A DNA stretch of 64,000 nt from an uncultured Methanomassiliicoccales archaeon (GTDB taxonomy: Archaea > Thermoplasmatota > Thermoplasmata > Methanomassiliicoccales > Methanomethylophilaceae), in assembly GCA_949298875.1 (NCBI GenBank), contig CASFYI010000063.1, positions 2,021-66,020 of the forward strand. The letters are read 5' to 3'. The position numbers and the translations under genes are program-made. How positions within the stretch are numbered: the stretch's first letter is position 1; the number at the start of each line of letters is the position of its first letter. Of the stretch, positions 42,382-53,456 are shown piece by piece. Under the pieces are notes generated by a model. It was not told where the DNA came from. It did no database searches and was given only the letters and a program-made list of their open reading frames with translations.

Positions 42382-43732
42382 ACCCACGGACCAGGTCCTT
42401 GACCATCCTGGAGTACTCCGACAGTATCCTGTCGGCGGTGCCGGCGTCCATCGATTCCGAATACACCCTGATGCAGGGCTCCGTCGTCGAGGCGCGGATC
42501 AGCGCCCATCCGTCGTTCAGGATGATCTTGATGCCGTCGGTCACGTCCATGCGGGACCCCGCTGCCTCCACATCCCTGTGAAGCCTGTCCATCACGGGCA
42601 CCTTGAGCCCGTCCGGGCAGGGGACCTTGACCTTCCTCGTGCTGTACGACGGGAGCTGCGACACCATGTCCGCCAGCGGACCGTTCTTGGCGACAATCTC
42701 CAGCATCTTGGCCAGCGCCATGCCGCCGTCCCTGCACATCTGCATCTGGGGGAACACCATGCCCCCGTGCTCCTCGACCCCGAACACCGCGAGGTTCTCC
42801 TGCATCTTGCGGACGACCTGATGCGAGAGGACCTCGGTGTACTTCACCAGCCCTCCGGCCTCGGTGACGACATCCTCCAGTACCTTTGACGAGCTTATCG
42901 GGGTCACGACCTTGCCCTTGCCCTCGGCCAGGATGCTCCTGGCGACGATGGCTCCCGAGACGGATCCGTTGAGGAACCTCCCGGTCCCGTCTATGAACAC
43001 GGCGCGGCCCCCGTCGCCGTCGTGGGCGATGCCCATGTCCGCGCCGGAGGATCTCACAAGGCCCATGAGGGTCGTGAGATTCTCCTCCGTCGGGTCGCTG
43101 TCCCTATGCGGGGACGCCACGGGATCGCAGCCTATCGTCACCGTGGAGACGCCGAGCCTCTTGAGGAGCAGCGGCGTCGAGAAGCTGGCCGCACCGCAGG
43201 CGCAATCGACGCACACTGTCAGACCGGCGGAGCGGATGGCGTCGGCGTCGACCTTGGAGACTATCGCGTCTATGTAATCGGATATCGCGCCCTCCTCGGT
43301 GCGGATGCGCCCTACCCTGTCCCAATCGGCATCGCGGGCCTCCATGGCGTAGGATGTGCCCAGCTCGGCCTCGTCCTCGGTGGTGGCCTCCATGCCGTCG
43401 CCGAGTATCAGCTTCATGCCGTTGTACTCGGGAGGGTTATGGGAGGCCGTCACCATGACGCCTCCTGATATCCCCGGATGCTCGCGGACATAGAACTGCA
43501 GTGCCGGCGTGGGGATCATGCCGAGATCCACGACGTCCGCCCCGACGGCCATCATGCCGGCCACCATGGCCGACCTGACCATGCGGGCGGAGTCCCTGGC
43601 GTCGGTGGCGAGCGCCACCGTGCCGCCGAGGGTCCTCCCCACGGCGCGTCCGAGATCCAGCGCCACCTCCGGCGTCAGGTCGCTGTTGACGACGGCCCTG
43701 ACGCCGCCTGGCCCGAAGAGGGTCAGGCTCAC
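42344..43732 (-). CDS. Phosphohexomutase (PMM/PGM/GlmM family)
   Basis: TASHNP, HDGDG.R, RAS.TEP..RVY; GTG overlaps the upstream stop. Confidence 0.85.
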   Translation of the reverse strand: MSLTLFGPGGVRAVVNSDLTPEVALDLGRAVGRTLGGTVALATDARDSARMVRSAMVAGMMAVGADVVDLGMIPTPALQFYVREHPGISGGVMVTASHNPPEYNGMKLILGDGMEATTEDEAELGTSYAMEARDADWDRVGRIRTEEGAISDYIDAIVSKVDADAIRSAGLTVCVDCACGAASFSTPLLLKRLGVSTVTIGCDPVASPHRDSDPTEENLTTLMGLVRSSGADMGIAHDGDGGRAVFIDGTGRFLNGSVSGAIVARSILAEGKGKVVTPISSSKVLEDVVTEAGGLVKYTEVLSHQVVRKMQENLAVFGVEEHGGMVFPQMQMCRDGGMALAKMLEIVAKNGPLADMVSQLPSYSTRKVKVPCPDGLKVPVMDRLHRDVEAAGSRMDVTDGIKIILNDGWALIRASTTEPCIRVYSESMDAGTADRILSEYSRMVKDLVRGFTDASRAQPEPR

Positions 43733-44409
43733 ACCCTCTTGGCATAGTGGAGGATCGCGACGGTGTCGGAGCAGGCCTTGCAGGTGTCTGCGGCCATCTC
43801 GATGGCGTCCACGATCCTGAGCAGCATGATGACCGCCTTGGGGTCGATGTCGGCGCGGAAGATGGTCTTCGTCATCTCGTAGTAGGCGCGGTCGAGCGTC
43901 CTCTCCATCTCCCTGATGCCGCGGACGCACTCCATGATGTCGGATCCCTCGGACCCCATCATCTCTATCGAGTTGGCGAGACCGCGGACCTCCGACTCCA
44001 GGTCGGACACGGACTGGGCGAGCATGTCCCAGATGCCCTTGGGCACCTTCATGCCCAGCTCGTCGACGAGGGAGACGCCGATGGCGGCCTCCTTACTCCA
44101 GTTGGCGATCTTGTCCGTCTTGCGGATGAAGTGCATCAGGTCCTCGCGCTCCTGGGCGCCGAGCTCTCCTATGCTTATCTGGTTGCAGAGCTCGTCCTCC
44201 TGGGCGTCGGCCTCGTGCTCGCACTTGAACAGCCTCTCGATGGCCTTCTTGGCGGCGGAGGAGTCCTCCTCACCCATGGCGCGCAGTGCCAGGCCAAGTT
44301 CGGTTACGCAGTCGCGGACGGACAGGGACATGGCGCGGAGACCGTCCCCTACGACGCCCTCCTTCCTCTTCCCGAACCATCCAAGCAGGCCGGATTGATC
44401 CTTACTCAA
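43729..44409 (-). CDS. DUF47/PhoU-like protein
   Basis: EHEAD, REDL......D.IA, E...D. Confidence 0.8.
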   Translation of the reverse strand: MSKDQSGLLGWFGKRKEGVVGDGLRAMSLSVRDCVTELGLALRAMGEEDSSAAKKAIERLFKCEHEADAQEDELCNQISIGELGAQEREDLMHFIRKTDKIANWSKEAAIGVSLVDELGMKVPKGIWDMLAQSVSDLESEVRGLANSIEMMGSEGSDIMECVRGIREMERTLDRAYYEMTKTIFRADIDPKAVIMLLRIVDAIEMAADTCKACSDTVAILHYAKRV

Positions 44410-45487
44410 GTCTGATCTCCTCCTCTATTCCGCCCTCGGGTCTGGGGAACACGACGGATGCGTTCCTGTCGAAGGACAGGCGCACGGTATCTCCCACCTC
44501 GGGGACCTCACCGTCTGCAGGTACATCGTACTCAATATAGTCACTGCTCTCGGCCATGGTCCTCACCCTCCAGTAGACCCCTCTGAAGGACACAGAGCGC
44601 ACCTTGGCCTCGATCCCGTCCTCGTCCGGACGCACGTGCTCCGGCCTCACGGACACGACGACGGCGTCCCCGGGACGGAAGTCCGTGCGGGACACGCGGA
44701 TCTCACGGCCGCCGCGCATAGTGACCCTGGTCTTCCCGCTCTTGGACCAATCGGAGACGGTGCACTCGAAGAGGTTGGTCTCCCCGATGAAGTTGGCCGC
44801 GAAGACGGACTTCGGACGGCGGTATATGTCCAGGGGCGCGCCGGACTCGGCGATGGCGCCGTAGCGCATGAGCACGATGCGGTCGGAGACCGACATGGCC
44901 TCCTCCTGGTCGTGTGTGACGTGGAGCACGGTTATCCCGAGCTTCTTGACGATCCTGCGGAGCTCGTACCTGAGCTCGACGCGGACGCGGGCGTCCAGCG
45001 CGGACAGGGGCTCGTCGAGCATCAGCATCTTGGAACCGGATGCCAGCGCGCGGGCGATGGCGACCTTCTGCTGCTCCCCTCCGGAGAGCTCCGACGGGAG
45101 CATCCCAGCCCTCTGGAACATGCCCACGAGCTTGAGGTACTCCTCGGACAGCTCGGCCATCCTCTCGTCGCCCTGGTCCTTCACCCTGGGGCTGTACTCG
45201 ACGTTGTCCCTCAGGTTCATGTGCGGGAACAGGGCGATGTTCTGGAACACGTATCCTACGTCCCTGTCCTCCATGGGGATGTTCGTGACGTCCCTCCCGT
45301 CCACGTAGACCTTCCCCTCGGTCGGGGTCCAGATCCCCGATATGACCTTGATGAGCGTGGTCTTGCCGCAGCCCGAGGGACCGAGGATGGTCACGTACTC
45401 GCCGTTCCCGATCTCCAGGGAGATGTCCCTGACGGCGTAGAAATCGCCGAAGCGCATGGAGATCCTGTCCAACTTGATCCTTGCCAT
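44402..45487 (-). CDS. ABC transporter ATP-binding protein (TOBE domain)
   Basis: GPSGCGKT, LSGGEQQ, LDEP; ATG lies in a CGATG overlap; ends TAA. Confidence 0.92.
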   Translation of the reverse strand: MARIKLDRISMRFGDFYAVRDISLEIGNGEYVTILGPSGCGKTTLIKVISGIWTPTEGKVYVDGRDVTNIPMEDRDVGYVFQNIALFPHMNLRDNVEYSPRVKDQGDERMAELSEEYLKLVGMFQRAGMLPSELSGGEQQKVAIARALASGSKMLMLDEPLSALDARVRVELRYELRRIVKKLGITVLHVTHDQEEAMSVSDRIVLMRYGAIAESGAPLDIYRRPKSVFAANFIGETNLFECTVSDWSKSGKTRVTMRGGREIRVSRTDFRPGDAVVVSVRPEHVRPDEDGIEAKVRSVSFRGVYWRVRTMAESSDYIEYDVPADGEVPEVGDTVRLSFDRNASVVFPRPEGGIEEEIRLE

Positions 45488-46587
45488 CGGTCCAACCTCA
45501 TCTCCTCTTCGAGCCCGCCGGCGGGCATCTGGAACACCGTCGCCTTGTCGGCCGGCCACGACACGTCGACCGTGGCACCGACGCTGAACTCCTCGAACCT
45601 CGCGCTCGGCAGCTTGGACGACACCAGGCCCAACGCCCCGGCGGAGACCTCCACGGTCACGGTGGCGCCCTCGTACACGATGCGCTCCACTATGCCCTTA
45701 ACGGACCCCTCCGGGCCCTCTCCGGGGGCCGAGAGCCTGGTGAACCCGACCTTGACGGCGAGCACCGCCTCGGAGCCGGGCTCCATTCCGTCCCCCCTCC
45801 CGGTCAGGACGATCCCGCCGACGTCCACGGACACCCTGCCGTCGCCGGCTCCGACGACCCTGCCGGAGAATATGTTGGACCTGCCCACGAAGTTGGCCAC
45901 GAACGGCGTGGCCGGGTTCTCGAAGACCTCGCGGGGGGTCCCGAACTGTATGATCCTGCCCTTGCGGATGACGGCGATGCGGTCGGCCATCTCCAGGGCC
46001 TCGTCCTGGTCGTGGGTGACATGGATGCACGTGAGCCCCATCTCCTTGGCCAGGGACCTGAGCTCCTTCCTCAGGTCTATCCTCAGACGCGCGTCCAGCG
46101 CCCTGAGCGGCTCGTCCAGCAGGAGGATCTTCGACCCGGACGCGAGCGCACGCGCGAGGGCGATGCGCTGCTGCTGCCCTCCCGATAGCTCCCCGGGGAC
46201 CCAGTCTGCCTTCTGGTCGAGATGCACCAGGTGCAGCATGCTCCTGACGATCTGCTTCGACTCGTCCTCCGGCCACCCCTTGGTCTTGGGGGCGAACATG
46301 ACGTTGTTGTAGACCGTCATGTGCGGGAAGAGCGCGTAGGTCTGCGTGAGCATGGTGGCGTTCCTTGAGTCCGGCGAATCCATGGTCACGTCCCTCCCGT
46401 CCAGGAGCACCCTCCCGGAATCGGGGATCGTCAGACCGCAGATCATCCTCATGGCGGTGGTCTTCCCGGCCCCGGTGGGGCCCAGGATGCAGACGTACTC
46501 CCCGTCGCCTATGGTCAGGCTCAGATGGTCGGCGGCGACATGGCCGTCGAAGTCCTTGCAGAGGTCGTCCAGAACTATCTCAGGCAT
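45487..46587 (-). CDS. ABC transporter ATP-binding protein (ends at CGA)
   Basis: GPTGAGKT, LSGGQQQ; ends EEEMRLD-CGA, matching the paralog's EEEIRLE-TAA. Confidence 0.92.
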
Positions 46588-48226
46588 CCCTACCCTGCCT
46601 CCTGTGTGTGAGCATCCTGACGACCATCATCAGCACGAAGCAGATGGTGATCAGGACTATGGAGCACATCGCCGCCTCGGTGTACATGTGGTCCTGGACC
46701 AGGTTGGTGATGTAGATCGGGACCGTGTTGACGCTGTCGCTGATGGCGATGGTCGCGCCCGTCTCGCCCAGGGACCTGGTGAACGCCAGGATGCATCCGG
46801 CGACGACGGACGACTTGATGATCGGCATGAGGATGGTCCTGAACGCGCGGAAGGGCTTGGCGCCGAGGGTCATGGCGATCTCCTCGCACTCCGGATTGAC
46901 CTCCTCTATCGCACCCACCAGGTTCCTCACCACGAGCGGGTACGTGAACGAGATGTGGCCGAGGATGACCAGCACGATGGCCATCGAATCGCCTGCCCCG
47001 AAGCTGGCCCAGAACAGCGCCAGGGAGAATCCCAGGGCGGTGGTCGGGATGATCAGGGGGACGTTCACCAGCCCGTCCAGGATGCCGGCGAGCTTCCCTC
47101 CCTTGTGCCTCGCGATATACAGAGACAGCGGTATGCCCAGAATGAGGTCGGCGAGGACGGCCACACCCGCCACCAGGAACGACACCCCGGTGGACGACAG
47201 GAGCGTCCCGTAGTCTATATCGGGGATCGGCTCCGTCAGATACGCGAATATGTAGAACGAGGGCAGCAGGACCACGATGATCAGGAACGCGACGGTGATG
47301 ACGTCCTTGGCCTTCGGGAGGGGACCGCGGCTTACGCTCCTGCCGATCTCGGGCCAGACCTTCTTCCAGGGGATCCTGAACCTCGCGATGATCCACTTCA
47401 CCACCACGAGGAGGATCAGGGCCAGGACGATCATGACCACGCTGATCAGGATCATGGCGCCCATGTAGTCCCCGGAGTCGACCATGGTCGGATCGGACTT
47501 CAGCCAGCTGATGAACGACGGCCCGGTGAAGAAGGTGCTCTCGACGCCCATCATGGTCAGGGCGATGTATGTGCCCCCGGTCTCCGACAGCGACCTTGCG
47601 AAGCACAGGATGAACCCAGTGGCGAGACCTGCGCGGAACAGGGGGATCGTGATGGTCCTCACGGCGGTCCACTTGGATGCGCCGAGTGTCATTGCCGCGG
47701 TCTCGTAGTTGACGTCGATCTGCTCCAGGATCCCGGACAGGGAGCGGACCATGTACGGATAGGTGAATATGATGTGGAGGAACAGGAGCATCACGTACGG
47801 CGAGAGTTCCAGCCCCAGCCCCGGGATCGTGATGCCCTCGGGGGCGCCCCAGAACATGACCACCGATATTCCCAGGACGGCGGTCGGGAACGCCAGGGGC
47901 ATGTCCAGCAGGGTGTCGAGCCATTTCTTGCCCTTGAAGTCCCTGCGGACCATGATCCACGCCATCGGCAGTCCTACGAGGATGTCGATGACCGTGACGA
48001 TGAACGCTATGCTGAACGAGTTCCACACCGCGCCCTCGATGACGTCCATGCTCGCAGGATCGTTCAGGACCCCGCTGACCAGATCCCACTCGGTGAAGAT
48101 CTTGGTGACTACGAATATCGCAGGGATGACTATGATCGCTATGAAGAGAACTATGGCGAACGTCAGCCAGGCGTTCCTCGCCTTGTAACTGCCAGATATC
48201 TCATCTATCTTCTTCAGGAGGGACAT
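46580..48226 (-). CDS. ABC transporter permease (duplicated, molybdate/tungstate/Fe-like)
   Basis: Two permease halves with EAA motifs and FARSL.ETG / FTRSLGETG. Confidence 0.88.
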   Translation of the reverse strand: MSLLKKIDEISGSYKARNAWLTFAIVLFIAIIVIPAIFVVTKIFTEWDLVSGVLNDPASMDVIEGAVWNSFSIAFIVTVIDILVGLPMAWIMVRRDFKGKKWLDTLLDMPLAFPTAVLGISVVMFWGAPEGITIPGLGLELSPYVMLLFLHIIFTYPYMVRSLSGILEQIDVNYETAAMTLGASKWTAVRTITIPLFRAGLATGFILCFARSLSETGGTYIALTMMGVESTFFTGPSFISWLKSDPTMVDSGDYMGAMILISVVMIVLALILLVVVKWIIARFRIPWKKVWPEIGRSVSRGPLPKAKDVITVAFLIIVVLLPSFYIFAYLTEPIPDIDYGTLLSSTGVSFLVAGVAVLADLILGIPLSLYIARHKGGKLAGILDGLVNVPLIIPTTALGFSLALFWASFGAGDSMAIVLVILGHISFTYPLVVRNLVGAIEEVNPECEEIAMTLGAKPFRAFRTILMPIIKSSVVAGCILAFTRSLGETGATIAISDSVNTVPIYITNLVQDHMYTEAAMCSIVLITICFVLMMVVRMLTHRRQGRDA

Positions 48227-48309
48227 CGGCAGTCCTCCGGGTCCCGATGGACTGCACTGGCACTCGGAGCGGCATCTACGTCGGCGGAGGGCACCGTCAT
48301 GATGCTCAT
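48226..48309 (-). CDS. Putative 27-aa leader ORF ending in CGA over the permease ATG
   Basis: GAGGGTGAG SD-like sequence then ATG at 48309; ...TGC CGA TG overlap. Confidence 0.4.
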
Positions 48310-48474
48310 CTCACCCTCGTGAACCCATATAAGGATTTTCTTTAGGGATACGTAGTCCAGACAGGATAGATAGCGATATAGAATTGTCCTTATGCAATAT
48401 GTATGCAATCGGATGCCATGCGACACCCGATTGCGGAAAAGGATTGTGTGAGACGGATGCCTATATGCAACCTG

Positions 48475-48999
48475 TCATTCCTGGCCGTCTTCGGGCATGC
48501 GGGAGTTGGACGCCTGGGACTCGATCCACTTGCGGATGTCCGCCTTGCGTGTGGAGCCGATGCCGAAGTAGTCCGAGAACTTCTTGGTCGTCGTCAGCTC
48601 CAGCGTCTGCCCGCTCTTCTTCCCCGAGACGAAGCCCATCTCGATCAGCCTGTGGACGTCGTCGTACCCGCGGGGGCCCCTGGTCCTCACGAGCTCCGAC
48701 TGCAGCACGGGCTGGTTGTAGGCGATGGTGCTGAGGGTCCTCATCAGCCCGCCGGACATCTCCGCCTTCCCGAACATGCCGGGGAAGTCGGAGTACTCCG
48801 CGCGGAGCATCATGCCGTACTCGGAGCCTATCTTGGCTATCACTATCGCCGAGTCACGTTCCTCGTACTCCCTGCGGAGGTCCATCAGCGCGGTGCGGAT
48901 CTCCTCCTCCGGGAACCCCGTGCGCTCCGCTATGTCGGAGATCCTCAGGTTCTCCGGACTGGCGAACAGCGCGGCCTCGGCCGCTCCCTTGGCGTCCAA
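48475..48999 (-). CDS. scpB: SMC-Scp complex subunit ScpB
   Basis: EAALF, TLS.IAY.QP, RG, TT..F..YFG. Confidence 0.92.
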   Translation of the reverse strand: MDAKGAAEAALFASPENLRISDIAERTGFPEEEIRTALMDLRREYEERDSAIVIAKIGSEYGMMLRAEYSDFPGMFGKAEMSGGLMRTLSTIAYNQPVLQSELVRTRGPRGYDDVHRLIEMGFVSGKKSGQTLELTTTKKFSDYFGIGSTRKADIRKWIESQASNSRMPEDGQE

Positions 49000-49000
49000 A

Positions 49001-49870
49001 TCGGTTCACCGCCTCGGTCACCAGCTGGCCGGGCGAGTCCTCGAGGGTCCCTGAGGACCAGTCCGTCTTGATCTCCAGATAGATGGTGCCGTAGGGCAGC
49101 TCGTCCTGCCAGACGGCGAGCCTGCCGTCCCTGACCAGGTGGAGCACCGCCACGAAGGTGGTGAGGTTCTCCTGCAGGTCGGCGGTGTAGAGGTCGCGGA
49201 TGGCGATCTGCCCGGTGCCGAGCCTCTCGATCCGCTTCCAAACGGCCTCGACGTCGCGCTCGTCGTCCTCGTCGTGGGCCTTGTTGTCGAACCTCTTGGG
49301 CTCCTTGGCCTTGAGCTCGCGGCGGACGCGCTCGCGCTCGCGCTGGATCTCGATGTCCCTGCGGGCGTCCTCGAAGGCGTCGATGAGCTCGTACACGGTG
49401 ACGGGCCTCTCGGTCTGCCTCCTGAACGCCTCCTTGAAGCTGACCTCGGGCACGTACAGCGGCTCGTCCTCGAAGAAGAAGCTGTCGTCCGCCTCCTCGA
49501 TGACCGGCTCAACCGGCGGCTCGCTCCTGGCCCTGGTGGACTCGGACTGCATGCGCAGGATCCTCCACGCCATGAGCAGCAGCTTGCCGGCGACGATCAT
49601 GTCGAAGCTGTCCCTGGAGACCTTGGCCTCGTACATGCGGGCGAACTCCGAGAGGTCGACCTCCCAGGGGTCGATGCCCTTCTCCAGCACCAGGCTGAAG
49701 ACGGCCCTGATCGACTCGTCCACGGGGTCCTGGAGCCTCTCCCCGGACTCCGCCCGGGAGAGGATGTCCATGTATCCTCCTATCCTCCTGAGCGACTCGT
49801 CGTCGTCGGCGAGCGCCCTGTGGAACAGCAGATGCTGCTCCAGATCCTCCATCCTTGTGTTCCCATCCAT
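49001..49870 (-). CDS. scpA: Segregation/condensation protein ScpA (ends at CGA)
   Basis: IDPWEVDL, AGKLL.MAW.IL, F.A.LHL...G...WQ; CGA 49001-49003 ends 1 nt before the scpB TTG. Confidence 0.9.
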
Positions 49871-49871
49871 C

Positions 49872-52800
49872 TCACATCGCCTCCTTCCTCTTGGCCTCGG
49901 CCTCCTCCTCGTACTTGGAGACCTCGGCCAGGTCCGGCTGCATGATTATCCTGCTGATCCCCGTGGGCGGCCTGGTGACGCCGATCAGATGGTCGGCGAG
50001 CGCCAGGGTGACCTTCCTCAGGGACACCTGTATGAACTGCGCCTTCGAGGAGCTCTCCTTCACCCTCTTGGCCACCATCTCCGCGTTGACGGAGTCCAGG
50101 AACATGTCCACCTCGTCCAGCACGTAGAACGGGGACGGCTGGTATTCCTGGATGGCGAAGATGAACGAGAGCGCCGTGAGGGACTTCTCCCCTCCCGAGA
50201 GCGCCTCCAGCCTCAGGAGCTTTCCGTTCCTGGGCTTCGCGTTTATCATGAGGCCGCCCGCGAACGGGTCGTCCTCGTTCTCGAGGCCCATGAACGCCTC
50301 CCCTCCTCCGGAGAGCTGGGCGTATATGGCCTTGAAGTTCTCGTTGACCGCCTCGTAGGACGACATGAAGAGCCCGCGCTTCTTGGAGGTGAGCGTGTCC
50401 ATCAGGTCGTTCAGCTCCCTGATGTGGCGGTTGAGGCTCTCCACCTCGGCGCCCAGGGCGTCGTGGCGGCTCTTGCGCTCCTCGTAGTCCTGGATCGCCC
50501 TCAGGTTGACGTTCCCGATCTTGGCGATGGTGGACTCGTGGGTGCGGATGGCCCTGCGGATCTCCTCCTCCGAGGGGATCGGCTCCGGGACCTCTATCGT
50601 TATGGCGGCGACCTCCGCGCGGCACTGCTCCACCGCGTCGGCCACCTGGATGGCCTGCGCCCTGAACGAGGACAGCGCCGACGTGGAGTTCTCGATGTCC
50701 TTCGACTTCTCGCGGATGTCCGCGTCCAGCTTGTAGCGGGCCTCGTTGAGGGCGTCCTTCTCGTTGCGGAGGCCCTCGATGCCGCTCTCCATCTCGGACT
50801 CAATCCTGCGGAGAGCGTCCAGGTCCAGCCTGGACCTCTCTATCTGCGCGGTGCCCTCGGCTATGGCCGTGCGGTCCTGCTCGATCGCGCGGAGCACCGA
50901 GTCCAGCTGCACCTGCAGGGACTCGTTCTGCTTCGCGAGGCCGTTGATCTCCGTGGATGCGCCGTTGCGCTGCATCCTGAGGTCGGACAGCCTGTCCTTC
51001 AGCCTGTATATCCTGTCGCGGACCGCCTGTATCCTCGCCTGGAGGTCGGCCGGGGCAATCTTCGCCATGCGGTCCTTGACCGCGGCCCTCTCCTCCGACA
51101 CGCGGGACATCTCCGAGGAGCCCTCGGAGAACGCCTTGGTGGCGGCCTCCAGCGCGGTGTCTGCGGCGGACATCCTCTCGCGGGCGGCCCTCATCTGCTC
51201 GGCGGCGGCCTTCCTGGAGCGTTCCAGCTCCTCCACGCGGCCCTTGGTCTGGGCCATGAGCTCCCTCTGCTCCATGCCCGACGAGGACGCCTTGCGCATC
51301 TCGTCGTCTATGCCGCGGATCTCCTCGCGCACCTGGCGGAGCTTCGCGCGCACATCCGCCAACGCCTCCTGCGCCTTCCGGAGCTTCTCGCCGGTGGCGG
51401 CGAGCTTGTCCTCCGACGCCGCGCCGAAGCGCGGCATGTTCTGGAGGCTCAGCGTACCTCCCACCATGGCTCCGGAGGCCTCCACGAGCTCCCCGGCCCT
51501 GGTCACGATCCTGACGCCGCCCATGATCCTCCTGGCGGCGTCCATGTCCCTCACGACAAGGGTGTCCCCGAGGACGTACCAGAAGGCGTTCTGGTACTTC
51601 GGGTCGAAATCGATCAGGTTGATGGCGTACCCCTCGGAGTCCTTCTCCGAGATGATCGCCTTGGCCCTGGGCTTGCCGCCCATCATCTTGGTGAGGGGCA
51701 GGAACGTCACGCGGCCCAGCCTCTCCCTCTTCAGGAACGCGATCGCGTCCGCGGCGACCTGGTCGTCGTCCACGACGACGGCCATCATCTTGCTGCCCGC
51801 CGCGACGGACAGCGCGGTCTCGTACTCCTTGTCGACTGTGGCGAGCTCCTGGATGGTGCCGTGGATGCCGCGCATCTCGCCGCGGTTCCTCAGCGCCAGG
51901 ATGGCCTCCACGGCCGCGCTCCCGCGGCCCATGCGCTCGGTGACGCGCTTCTCGGCCTGCAGTGCGTTGTACTCTCCGTCGATCCTGCGGTACGCGGAGT
52001 CCAGCTCGGACTCCTGCCTCTCCAGCTCCGCCTCGCGCCTCTTGGCCTCCAGGATCCTCTGCCCGAAGTCCTCGGTGCTGGGCCCGGCCTCCGCCTTCAG
52101 CTGGTCCAGGCTCCACTTGGCGTCCTTGATCTCGAAATCGATGCTCTGGATGCGCTCGTCCAGGTCGGCGACGGCCGCATGGGCCTCGTCCGCCTCGGCC
52201 TCCGCCTTGGACAGCTCCGCCTGCGCCTGCCTGAGCGATTCGGAGCGCTGCGAGAACTCCGCGTCGAGCCTGTCCAGCTTCGCCTGGAGCTCCCTCTGCT
52301 CCCCTCCGGTCTGGGCGATGGCCTCCGAGGCATCGGCCTCCTCCGCGGATGCGGCCTGGAGCTCCGACTCCGCCTTGGCTATGGCCTCGTCGAGCTCCAC
52401 GGATTTCTGCCTGAGCGTGTTGGCCTGCTCGTTGTTGGCGGCCATGGACTCCTCGAAGGTCTGGCGGAACTCCTCCTGCTCCTCCATGTCCGTCTGGGCA
52501 CTCTCGACCACGTTCTTCTTGGTTGCCAGATCGATCTTCGCGCCCTCGATCCTCTTCTTGAGCTCGGTGTACTCGGGCCCGATCCTAGACGCGATCTCCT
52601 GCTCCTTCGCCTGGATCTCCGCGATCTTCGCGTCGCGCTGCCTCTCCATCTCGGCCTTGGAGTCCGTGTCCGACGAGATGGACGCCTCGAGGCGGCCGAT
52701 CTGCTCGGCGACGGAGGCCTGCTTGGCGGTCTCCATCTGGAGCCTGCGGTGGGCGTACTGCGCCTTGGCGGTCTCCAGGGCGGCCTGCGCGTCCAGGTAC

Positions 52801-53456
52801 CTCTGGGCGTCCTGCCTGTCGTGGTCGAGCCTCTGGATCTGGACGGCGAGCTCCTCCATCACGATGCCGATCCTGTCCAGGTTGGTCTCGGCCTCCGCCC
52901 TCTCGGTGCGCGCCTTCTCGATGTCGGCGTCGAAGCTGGAGATGCCCGAGATGCCGTCGATGATGCGGCGGCGCTCCATGTTGCTCATCTGGACGATGCG
53001 GGTGACGTCCCCCTGCTGGACGAGGTTGTACCCGTCGGCGGATATCCTGGCCTTGGTGAGGAGGGCGTCGAACTCGGACATCGTGGACTTGCGGTCGTTG
53101 ACGTAGAAGTACGAGCTGTAGTCGGTGCCGTTGTCGGAGAGCTTGACGAAACGCGTGAGACGGACCTCGTCGTCGTCCCACGGCATGAGGCGGTCGGTGT
53201 TGTCGAACACGAGGGAGACCTTGGTGAACCCTGCCTTCCCGCGGGACTTCCCACCGTCGAAGATCAGGTCGGTGAGCTTCCCGGCACGGACGGCCTTGGA
53301 GCTCTTGGGCCCCAGGACGAAGAGGATGGCGTCGGTGATGTTGGACTTGCCCGAGCCGTTCGGTCCCGTGACCGCCGTGTATCCGTCCATGAGCGGAACG
53401 GCGATCTTACCGCCGAACGACTTGAAGTTCTCCATCTCGACCGCTTTCAAATGCAA
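49872..53456 (-). CDS. smc: Chromosome segregation protein SMC
   Basis: NFKSF, GPNGSGKSN, hinge GR.TFLPL, LSGGEKS, LDEVD..LD. Confidence 0.97.
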   Translation of the reverse strand: MHLKAVEMENFKSFGGKIAVPLMDGYTAVTGPNGSGKSNITDAILFVLGPKSSKAVRAGKLTDLIFDGGKSRGKAGFTKVSLVFDNTDRLMPWDDDEVRLTRFVKLSDNGTDYSSYFYVNDRKSTMSEFDALLTKARISADGYNLVQQGDVTRIVQMSNMERRRIIDGISGISSFDADIEKARTERAEAETNLDRIGIVMEELAVQIQRLDHDRQDAQRYLDAQAALETAKAQYAHRRLQMETAKQASVAEQIGRLEASISSDTDSKAEMERQRDAKIAEIQAKEQEIASRIGPEYTELKKRIEGAKIDLATKKNVVESAQTDMEEQEEFRQTFEESMAANNEQANTLRQKSVELDEAIAKAESELQAASAEEADASEAIAQTGGEQRELQAKLDRLDAEFSQRSESLRQAQAELSKAEAEADEAHAAVADLDERIQSIDFEIKDAKWSLDQLKAEAGPSTEDFGQRILEAKRREAELERQESELDSAYRRIDGEYNALQAEKRVTERMGRGSAAVEAILALRNRGEMRGIHGTIQELATVDKEYETALSVAAGSKMMAVVVDDDQVAADAIAFLKRERLGRVTFLPLTKMMGGKPRAKAIISEKDSEGYAINLIDFDPKYQNAFWYVLGDTLVVRDMDAARRIMGGVRIVTRAGELVEASGAMVGGTLSLQNMPRFGAASEDKLAATGEKLRKAQEALADVRAKLRQVREEIRGIDDEMRKASSSGMEQRELMAQTKGRVEELERSRKAAAEQMRAARERMSAADTALEAATKAFSEGSSEMSRVSEERAAVKDRMAKIAPADLQARIQAVRDRIYRLKDRLSDLRMQRNGASTEINGLAKQNESLQVQLDSVLRAIEQDRTAIAEGTAQIERSRLDLDALRRIESEMESGIEGLRNEKDALNEARYKLDADIREKSKDIENSTSALSSFRAQAIQVADAVEQCRAEVAAITIEVPEPIPSEEEIRRAIRTHESTIAKIGNVNLRAIQDYEERKSRHDALGAEVESLNRHIRELNDLMDTLTSKKRGLFMSSYEAVNENFKAIYAQLSGGGEAFMGLENEDDPFAGGLMINAKPRNGKLLRLEALSGGEKSLTALSFIFAIQEYQPSPFYVLDEVDMFLDSVNAEMVAKRVKESSSKAQFIQVSLRKVTLALADHLIGVTRPPTGISRIIMQPDLAEVSKYEEEAEAKRKEAM

